Source of the DNA: Epithemia pelagica
Lineage: Eukaryota; Protista; Bacillariophyta
Length of the DNA stretch: 64,000 nucleotides
Direction of reading: 5' to 3'
Assembly (NCBI GenBank): GCA_946965045.2
Contig: OX337238.1
Coordinates: 2,542,001-2,606,000 of the forward strand
The notes beneath the pieces are model-generated. The model was not told where the DNA came from. It saw nothing but the letters and a program-made list of their open reading frames with translations, and did no database searches. The position numbers and the translations under genes are program-made. The stretch's first letter is position 1, and each line of letters starts with the position of its first letter. Shown here in pieces: positions 57,122 through 64,000 of the stretch.

Positions 57122-57625
57122 CAATCCGCCTGCCCTCGGCGAATTGCTTGCTAACGCTGCAGTCCTTTGGTAGCTTTAGGGAAAGACTCCGCTGGTTGGT
57201 TGTGGCTTCTGATGACTAGGAGTCATCGGGAGCCTGCCAACAGCGGAAACGCTGAGGAGTAGAGCATCGGGATCTAACCCTCTAGCGTCTGCACCGGGAG
57301 GGAGTGGTGGGACCAACAGCAAACTTGATAGAGATTGCGTTGCTCCAAAAACTCTGAGCTCCATGGCTGCTGTTGGCAGACTCCTAGACATAGCTAGTGT
57401 GATCTAGCTAGACTACGTGTAGCTACCTGAGTGTCCTGTCGCTGACGCACACAATCCGCCTGCCCTCGGCGAATTGCTTGCTAACGCTGCAGTCCTTTGG
57501 TAGCTTTAGGGAAAGACTCCGCTGGTTGGTTGTGGCTTCTGATGACTAGGAGTCATCGGGAGCCTGCCAACAGCGGAAACGCTGAGGAGTAGAGCATCGG
57601 GATCTAACCCTCTAGCGTCTGCACC
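57122..57625. repeat. Two identical 174-bp direct repeats (57122-57295 and 57452-57625) flanking a 156-bp unique segment; B1-A2-B2 arrangement on the minus strand
   Basis: CAATCCGCCTGCCC..GCGTCTGCACC occurs twice, offset by 330 bp. Confidence 0.95.
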
Positions 57626-57742
57626 ACATGTCTTTGCCTTGACTAGCCACCACAGCTGACTGCGGAGTGTGAGGGAGTAGCCGATAGGACAATTGGAGGG
57701 CGTAGGACATGGGCACAAAGATACGGTTGCGGAAGAGGTGAG

Positions 57743-58747
57743 ATGAGTTCTGCAGCTCGGAGAACAGAAGAAAGCGAAACGACGGCTGAACAACTGGATC
57801 GTTTAAAAACAGTTGTCGAGGCACAACGCAAAGAATTGCACGGCGCTTTAGGAGGAGTGGATATCGCGCAAACAGAGCTGGATAAGACTCGCGTGTTGCA
57901 CGCCCAAGAGCGTCAACATTTGGAGGACGTGCATGGCGGAATACTTGCATCTAAAGAGGCGTCGGTGATTCAGACGCAGAAAAACTTGCGAGAGTTGGTG
58001 GGCGACCATCAAGCGGAGATCGATCGACTAGTGACCCGTGTGTGTGAGACTTTTGCGGAGGAGGGAGGAGACGGGGAAGACTTCGTGGAAACGGTGTTTC
58101 GACGAGCATCTCCAAGCAACAAGAAGGTCGTGGTGGCTCTAGAGCTGTTGTTTCCGCACCCGGAAGACCAAGAAGTCGTTTTCCACCAGATTTGTGGATT
58201 GGCCTTGGCTGGCGGACGGGAAAGGCCTTCTGCAGAGGAGGTTGTGGAACAAAAATTGGCCGTTGTTCGTGAGTTGTTCGCGCAGAACTCTGCCCGCCGT
58301 GGATTGCCTGTGCCAGTTCCCGGAGGGAGAGCCGCGACGGCTGCCGCAGCAGCCGACCGAAAAGATAAGAAACCCGAGGCGGGTAAAAAGAGGTCCGAAG
58401 GGAAAGGAACCGGTGAAGCGTTTTCGAAGCGCGAGAAGCGTTCTTTGGAAGAGTGGTTGGGCCAACCGGGTTTCAGTACCCTACCCAAGAAGCAGCGCAA
58501 GGGCAGTACCCCTGTGAGGAGGGGCGCGAGTGTGTCGCCCAAGGAGAAAGGCCTGGGGTCGATCAAGGAAACTCCCACAAGGGAGAAATCGATTAAGGAA
58601 ACTCCTACGAGGGAGAAGACGGCGATTAGGGAAAACACGGCGACAGAGGACGAGCCGTTGTCGTGGAAGGAACATTTACCGGAAGTGGTTGTCCTGTCTG
58701 GCGAATCGTCGGGACGCGCGTCGAAGTTGGAATCAGACAGTGAATGA
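57743..58747 (+). CDS. Antisense ORF X1 inside the YR element (334 aa): N-terminal coiled coil, basic low-complexity C-terminus with an IKETPTREK tandem repeat
   Basis: ATG start, 1005-nt open frame, heptad-like LDRLKTVVEAQRKELHGAL. Confidence 0.7.
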   Translation: MSSAARRTEESETTAEQLDRLKTVVEAQRKELHGALGGVDIAQTELDKTRVLHAQERQHLEDVHGGILASKEASVIQTQKNLRELVGDHQAEIDRLVTRVCETFAEEGGDGEDFVETVFRRASPSNKKVVVALELLFPHPEDQEVVFHQICGLALAGGRERPSAEEVVEQKLAVVRELFAQNSARRGLPVPVPGGRAATAAAAADRKDKKPEAGKKRSEGKGTGEAFSKREKRSLEEWLGQPGFSTLPKKQRKGSTPVRRGASVSPKEKGLGSIKETPTREKSIKETPTREKTAIRENTATEDEPLSWKEHLPEVVVLSGESSGRASKLESDSE

Positions 58748-59322
58748 AGATGGAGGAGACGGCCGAGTTGATTGACGAGCTGGATCAGATGGCGGATAGG
58801 CAGGCTCAAATTGCCGAGATTATGGGAGAGTTGGGACGGATGGCCGAGAGGCAAGTGGAGATCTCTAGACGATTGCTTGAATTGAAGGAATTGGCGGAGA
58901 GGAGAGTGCAGCAGGCGATTAATGTGGTGGCGGCAGCGAACGCAGCTGTGGCAGACGGAGGAGGAGGGGGGGAATGGGAGCCCGATGGAGTAGGAATGCG
59001 AGAGGGCACACCACGGGGCCGAGAGGAAGGGTCGACGGCCCGTGGAGGAAGATGGGGATGGCGAGTGGCGAGCAAAGGGGTGGGTGGACCGAGTCCCCGT
59101 GGACGTACGAGTCCACGAGCACAAGGTGGATTTCGGGGTCGGCGGGCAAGCCGCGGATCAGAGGAGCGTTTCAAAGTTGGGGAGCGGGTTCGGATTCGAA
59201 ACCCAAACGATCCCGCTGACCCAACTGGGCGGGTGGTGAAGGTAACAGACGCACGTATCCACGTGGAGACCGACAATGGCGTGCGTTATTCTCGAGCGGA
59301 CAAGAACATAGCGAGGATTTAA
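58744..59322 (+). CDS. Antisense ORF X2 (192 aa): coiled coil, Gly/Arg-rich linker and a C-terminal KOW/SH3-like segment
   Basis: The start overlaps the X1 stop (ATGA). C-terminus FKVGERVRIRNPNDPADPTGRVVKVTDARIHVETDNG. Confidence 0.65.
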   Translation: MKMEETAELIDELDQMADRQAQIAEIMGELGRMAERQVEISRRLLELKELAERRVQQAINVVAAANAAVADGGGGGEWEPDGVGMREGTPRGREEGSTARGGRWGWRVASKGVGGPSPRGRTSPRAQGGFRGRRASRGSEERFKVGERVRIRNPNDPADPTGRVVKVTDARIHVETDNGVRYSRADKNIARI

Positions 59323-59390
59323 GGTTGGAGCGGACGAAATAGTGATACCATAACAGAATAGTGAGATACATTTGATGTGAATAGTGGTAG

Positions 59391-60803
59391 TTAAATATTT
59401 AGGACGCCCGCAATGGCCGCTTGACTATGAGGACCAATTGCTTTCGAGCAGTCACGGAGGTAGTGTTTGATCGAGTCTTCTTGCCACCGGAGTCGGAAGG
59501 CAATTTGGGGGAGGGGAACTTGAACGTTCCACAACGCTACAGCGGCTGTGACGCGTGTAGAATGGGCGACAAGCAAGTGGGCGTGACGCCGGTGGTAATT
59601 ATGAGGGTTTGGGTACGCCTCCAGGCAAGCTTGACGGAGGGCTTTGATGATATCGGCCGACCGAAGGTAGGCTATTTTCCCCGGTTTGACCTGATAGGAG
59701 GCGAGGGGCAGGTGGGCTCCGACTTGGAGGGAGAGGGAGCGGCGGGCAATTGAACAGGATGCGAGCACGGGACAGAGATATGAGTGGCCGGAACGACGGA
59801 AGATGCGTTTCGTGAAATTATGAGCGCTTTTGTCATGCCGAAAGCGGATCTGGACTGCCGAGACGGTGTGTTCGTGTTTGGGGAGGGAAGCAAGTGGAAT
59901 CATGTCGTTTGCTTGAGTCAAGAAGACGAAGTCACTGGAGACAAAGGCAATAGGTTGATCGTTCCAGGATGGATCATTGGGACAATTGGGAACGGCCGCG
60001 AAGACAAACTTTGAGCCAGAGGTTTGGGCAAATTCACTGGCACGGGAGCCGGTGAAGAGGCCAAGCCGGACCCAGTCGAAGAGTGTTGCGTCAAGTGACG
60101 AAGGAGGGGCCCCGACTGCACGGTAATAGAGCACGCTAAGGATGGCATCGGTGATGGGTTCCTTACGATCGCGTGGACGTTGCCAGCAACGATGAAATTG
60201 TAATGGGTCGGATAGCAATGGGTGTAGCAGGGTTGAGTTGGTTGGGTTGGAGATGTTAACAGGGCGGTTGAGGGCAACCTGAAGTGCGGAATGGGCAGCA
60301 GTTACGTAAGATTGAATGGTATCTGCCGCTAGGTTGGACCTCCTGTAGTAGTTCTCGCCGTTTGTGACGTGATGTAGGTAAAGGTGGAGGATGTGTATGC
60401 ATTCGTTATCGGTCAGGCGAGATAAAAGTTCGGGGGTGAGGTGATTGCGAGCGGACCATCGGGAAAAGTGAGCGCCTCGAGAGTCCAAAGTTCGATCATT
60501 CTTGTTCCTAGTTCGTCCTCGGTCCTGTTGAATTTGAAGCTTGTTAATATCACTGATAGCAACCTGGAGGGCACGCGGTAGGCGGTGGATGGGTCCAGCA
60601 CTGGCTTGGACTGCTCGATAACGGAGGCCCAAGTGGGCGCAAGGGACGGGCGGGACAACAGGTCGGCATTGTGATTGAGCTCGCCCGCAATATGCGAGGC
60701 CTGTAATTGAACGGGAATAGGGGCAGATGTGAGCATGGCTTGAAAAAGACGAGCAAGACGACGAATTGCGGGCCGCTTGGCACGGGCGGCATGGGAGAGC
60801 CAC
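59391..60803 (-). CDS. Tyrosine recombinase (true start uncertain; overlaps the RT/RH ORF by ~390 bp)
   Basis: LFTGSRASEF (R), HSTR (HxxR), LRW, HYLR (Y), and an N-terminal SAM-like region (ADTIQSYVTA). Confidence 0.9.
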   Translation of the reverse strand: MALPCRPCQAARNSSSCSSFSSHAHICPYSRSITGLAYCGRAQSQCRPVVPPVPCAHLGLRYRAVQASAGPIHRLPRALQVAISDINKLQIQQDRGRTRNKNDRTLDSRGAHFSRWSARNHLTPELLSRLTDNECIHILHLYLHHVTNGENYYRRSNLAADTIQSYVTAAHSALQVALNRPVNISNPTNSTLLHPLLSDPLQFHRCWQRPRDRKEPITDAILSVLYYRAVGAPPSSLDATLFDWVRLGLFTGSRASEFAQTSGSKFVFAAVPNCPNDPSWNDQPIAFVSSDFVFLTQANDMIPLASLPKHEHTVSAVQIRFRHDKSAHNFTKRIFRRSGHSYLCPVLASCSIARRSLSLQVGAHLPLASYQVKPGKIAYLRSADIIKALRQACLEAYPNPHNYHRRHAHLLVAHSTRVTAAVALWNVQVPLPQIAFRLRWQEDSIKHYLRDCSKAIGPHSQAAIAGVLNI

Positions 60804-63265
60804 GAGAGCGCCGACGTGTTGTCGGTGCGCATGGAGATGACAAGGGTCTGGGGTTGCGGTGTGGCGTGAGAAGCCACTCGCTGCAGGAACCAGAAGTTTA
60901 TGAGAAGGACGACGAATTCAAGCAAGTTGATGTGCCACAGGGCATCGGGCGTGTCTTGAGTTGGATCGGATAATTTGGTGGACTGCATATCTTTTGGCAG
61001 GATGAAGCCCAGGCGAAGTAAGTCGGGTTTGGTCAGTCTCCACATGAAGGGGTAGTGGGTGGATAACCAGCCTCCCAGCCCTTCAATGGAGGCGTCGCCT
61101 AAAATTTCAAATTGCGAAACCCGCGGGATGCATAAAGCGATGGGACGGGTCCAAATGTGGGTCCGAGAAGAATGGAGGGTGGCCAAGAGCGTTCGGAGGT
61201 CCATAACGGTTTCTCGGTTGAGGGTGAACCGGGTTTTGTGCCAAAAGGAGGCGGCACGGGTGGATTTGCCTGCTGCTGCGGTGGCACGGAGGCGGTCGTT
61301 GAGTGCATACTGTAGGGATAATGTGTAGTAGATGCCCAAGAGTGAGACTGGGGCGCTGTGACGGACGAGGCCCAGAATCGTGGCCGCCATTTGCGGTGAA
61401 AGCCGACGCCCGTCGGAGGGCGTGGTGGGAAGATCGAGGGCGCGTTGAAGATAGACCTGTAGTTGTGTCTGTTTATGGGACGGCCAAGAAATTGTCATAG
61501 TTCGAGTGTTGATGATATACCCCAGGAATTTCAGGCTGTGACTGATGTCACGCACAAATTTTATCGGATTAATAGGGTCGGGTCGATGGGGATCTTCGTC
61601 GGGGAAGCCGAAGGTGACGTATGCGGCGAGAATACTGCTATTGACTAACCGGTGGATCTCCGAGCGGATGGCCGCTCCACCGGTGTCGTCAACGAACGGA
61701 GCATACACCGGACGAGGAAAGGAGGACGGTTGGGATGCTAACAAGTGGGAGGTGCCTTGATTGAGAGCGTCGGGAGTGGCGGTCGTTAAGGTTCTGAGGG
61801 TGCGGGGGGACGGAGGGGGTGGGATAGCAATGGTGTCAGCCAAGAGAGTACGAGCGGAAGTGAGCTCGGCAAGGTAACGAGAGAGATGGGCTCGTAGCTC
61901 CCCCGGTAGCATGTAGTAGGAAGGACTGTTTTTGGCGCCAAAAATCATTCCAATGGGTATGATTAGGAACCAGCCGAGGACGCTTGCAAATGCTAAGGCA
62001 GCGTTGGGGTTGTATGTGACCCGACGGAAGGCGGCACTGATATCATCGGCGCTGAGCAGTATGTCTTCCGAGGGATGGTCAATACGCAGATTGTAGATGT
62101 ACCGCAAAAAGCGTAGGAAAGCCGTGCCGTAAGCCACCGCGGGGTTACAGTCATCGTCATGTCCAGCATCTGGAATTTGGGCATTGGTGTTGCCGTCATC
62201 AGTGTCTGTGATTTTGGAGCTTGGATCGATGCACAAGCGGCCGGTGTCGCCGATGCGGTGGGGTTTGGGCGCTACCCAGTTAATGAGTGAAAGGAAAAGA
62301 CCGGGGAGGAACCGCCAGATAATTCGGGGAAGGAAAAGATGATACTGTAGCTGTTCCTCTTTCTTGAACTTTTTGGTGATTTCCTCTAAGTTTTCTTGGA
62401 CCCCGGGGTAGTTGTCAAGGAGGTTGCGTTGGGAAACGGCAACGCGACTACAGGAATAGTGGCCTGCGAGAGGGGCGCCCAGGTGAAAAAGTTGCCAAGT
62501 GCGGGCATAGTCCAACCGTGGATAGTCCGGTGGGGGCTCAAAAGCTTTGACGCGGTCAATGATGTCGAAGGTGTCTGCCAGGCGTCTGTGATGATTATTG
62601 TAGATTCCGCCAAGCCAGCGGTACATGTCCGCATAGACAAAGTTTGCGCGACAAAGGGCAACGGCAAGCAGAAAAGCCTTACGGAATGGAAGGGGTTGGG
62701 ATTTGTCTTCGCAGGGGGGTATGCGACAGACAGCAAGAGAGGTGCCATGAGCAGCAGCAACGCGGAGACGATGATAGAAGTGGAAGCTTGGCGAGGAGGC
62801 GACTAGGTTTTGTTGGTCCTGTGGGGACAAAAAATCCCATGCGTAGTGGCCGAGCAATTCAGGGGAAACAACATGGGGTGCGGTTGCCGCAAGGGGAGTG
62901 CCGTCAGGAGCAGCATGGGATGTGCCGACGTTGAGACGGTCAGGACCGAAACCAATTCGTTTGCGATGGTGTGTGAACGACCAGAGAGGGAACAGGGGAA
63001 GAATTCCCCAGTTGGGCACCAAGGAGGAAGAGGCAAGGAGGAGTTGGGAGCGATCGGCGTCGGTCAAAAAGGGGTTGACGGTGGTTAACACCGTGTGCAA
63101 CGTTGGCAACTCATAGGAGACCCGAGAGGGGGCAGCACGTGGGTGAGAAGGAAATACTGGTAGTTTGGGGACAGTAGGGACAGCCTCAGTAGAGGGAGCG
63201 GGAAGGGAGAGGAGAAGATCTGCCGTAGAGGTGGGATAAAATTTCTCTGGTGAAGTGGGAGGCAT
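60413..63265 (-). CDS. DIRS-type reverse transcriptase / RNase H (950 aa)
   Basis: RLCIDPS, ADDISAAF, PIGMIFGAKNSP, FVDD, FLGY. RH: GDAS, INLLE, RTDNTSA, HIAGELNHNADLLSR. Confidence 0.93.
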   Translation of the reverse strand: MPPTSPEKFYPTSTADLLLSLPAPSTEAVPTVPKLPVFPSHPRAAPSRVSYELPTLHTVLTTVNPFLTDADRSQLLLASSSLVPNWGILPLFPLWSFTHHRKRIGFGPDRLNVGTSHAAPDGTPLAATAPHVVSPELLGHYAWDFLSPQDQQNLVASSPSFHFYHRLRVAAAHGTSLAVCRIPPCEDKSQPLPFRKAFLLAVALCRANFVYADMYRWLGGIYNNHHRRLADTFDIIDRVKAFEPPPDYPRLDYARTWQLFHLGAPLAGHYSCSRVAVSQRNLLDNYPGVQENLEEITKKFKKEEQLQYHLFLPRIIWRFLPGLFLSLINWVAPKPHRIGDTGRLCIDPSSKITDTDDGNTNAQIPDAGHDDDCNPAVAYGTAFLRFLRYIYNLRIDHPSEDILLSADDISAAFRRVTYNPNAALAFASVLGWFLIIPIGMIFGAKNSPSYYMLPGELRAHLSRYLAELTSARTLLADTIAIPPPPSPRTLRTLTTATPDALNQGTSHLLASQPSSFPRPVYAPFVDDTGGAAIRSEIHRLVNSSILAAYVTFGFPDEDPHRPDPINPIKFVRDISHSLKFLGYIINTRTMTISWPSHKQTQLQVYLQRALDLPTTPSDGRRLSPQMAATILGLVRHSAPVSLLGIYYTLSLQYALNDRLRATAAAGKSTRAASFWHKTRFTLNRETVMDLRTLLATLHSSRTHIWTRPIALCIPRVSQFEILGDASIEGLGGWLSTHYPFMWRLTKPDLLRLGFILPKDMQSTKLSDPTQDTPDALWHINLLEFVVLLINFWFLQRVASHATPQPQTLVISMRTDNTSALSWLSHAARAKRPAIRRLARLFQAMLTSAPIPVQLQASHIAGELNHNADLLSRPSLAPTWASVIEQSKPVLDPSTAYRVPSRLLSVILTSFKFNRTEDELGTRMIELWTLEALTFPDGPLAITSPPNFYLA

Positions 63266-63322
63266 TTCATCAGACCACGGCGAACGGGCGCAAGTCGAAC
63301 CTGGGCGATGATGTGCCGGTAG

Positions 63323-64000
63323 TCACGACGAGGGCGGGGGTTGTTGAGGGGCGTTTGGACGGTTCGGACGGTCTGAAGCCATGTGGGCTGCAAATTCCGG
63401 TGTAGGTTGGAGAAGGTGGCGAACGCGATCATGGTGACAGAACTCCCAGAGCGGTTTAAGGGAGGATTGGGGCCAGTTGGAGATAGCCTGGGGAGAAAGG
63501 CAGACGTGGTGTCGATTGCATTGCAACGGTTGGCCTTCCGAGTTTGTGCGTGAACGATGGGGACCGGTGCACCCGACAACAGAGTTCTTGTCGATGTACA
63601 TAAAGCAATATTGCTTTTGGTCGAAACGGGGAATGGTGAGGGAAGACGCGAGGTCGGCAAGGAGCTTACCTGAGTGGGTATAACGTTCCTTCCCTGCCGC
63701 GGTGAGGGTGACAAGCGGGACGAGAGCTTTTTGGCCAGGGCGACGCTGGGGTTGAGCGGAGTCAGAACGAGCACGCTTGGGCGGTGGTTGGTCGGCAGCA
63801 CGGTCAGGAGGACGGTCCGAGGGAGAGCGACGCCGTTGGGCACGATCGTAGCGTTCAAGAGGAGAACGAGAGTCACCCCGGTGATCAGGACGAGATGGTA
63901 GGAGATAGTTGGGGGTGGAGCGGCAAAACAAGGGTGACATGGAGTTGGTGTGTTGGTGGGAGAGTATTGTAGGAGCCGTAAATAATAGGGTAAAGGTGGA
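63323..64000 (-). CDS. C-terminal part of a gag-like ORF1 with a Cys/His cluster; the frame stays open to the window edge
   Basis: YCFMY..GC..C NRHHVC cluster. No stop codon between 63940 and 64000 in this frame. Confidence 0.65.
   Translation of the reverse strand, partial: STFTLLFTAPTILSHQHTNSMSPLFCRSTPNYLLPSRPDHRGDSRSPLERYDRAQRRRSPSDRPPDRAADQPPPKRARSDSAQPQRRPGQKALVPLVTLTAAGKERYTHSGKLLADLASSLTIPRFDQKQYCFMYIDKNSVVGCTGPHRSRTNSEGQPLQCNRHHVCLSPQAISNWPQSSLKPLWEFCHHDRVRHLLQPTPEFAAHMASDRPNRPNAPQQPPPSS

Larger units (their letters stand above)
57122..64000 (-). mobile_element. Tyrosine-recombinase retrotransposon (Ngaro/DIRS group) with split direct repeats. The 5' end lies beyond the window
   Basis: gag-like, RT/RNase H and overlapping YR ORFs on the minus strand. 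174-bp direct repeats at the 3' end. Uniform G-rich plus-strand bias. Confidence 0.88.

Noticed and set aside
57200-57295. Hammerhead ribozyme in the B repeat (CTGATGA..GAAA..GTC are present)
   Set aside because: A stem III and a GUC triplet can be drawn, but stems I and II do not pair. CTGATGA is itself inside a long hairpin and GAAA caps or abuts another stem.
58009-59276. Long minus-strand ORFs opposite X1/X2 (371 aa and others) and other long antisense ORFs over real genes
   Set aside because: Shadow frames caused by GC content and strand bias, with low-complexity translations and no motifs.

Overview
Eukaryotic DNA of about 47% GC, most likely from a diatom (CoDi-like Ty1/copia element, ~80-nt GT-AG introns; the taxon is inferred). 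The backbone is a minus-strand tandem array of seven two-exon genes (A-G) plus remnants. Each gene encodes an N-terminal Kelch beta-propeller (exon 1) spliced in frame to a ~550-590 aa helical/coiled-coil region of unknown function (exon 2; 286 aa in the pseudogene A). The ORF track splits each gene in two. The copies are recombinant mosaics, and their variation clusters in the Kelch top-face loops. Five mobile elements sit in the array. (1) A young, RT-deleted copia element (10238-17597) inserted exactly on the splice donor of gene C; it has an extra upstream ORF and a PBS matching a tRNA-Asn anticodon arm. (2, 3) Two DNA transposons with TIRs, ~10-bp TSDs, an Academ-like DDE transposase and a RecQ-like helicase (AcademH-like), one nested 3 bp from the end of the other's TIR (24347-40043). 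(4) A 433-bp TA-TSD MITE inside the first transposase. (5) A tyrosine-recombinase (Ngaro/DIRS-type) retrotransposon with split direct repeats and two extra antisense ORFs (57122 to beyond the window end). A unique 399-bp LTR-like insert (45331-45729) contains a hairpin with four periodic copies of a purine-rich 5x5 internal-loop motif.
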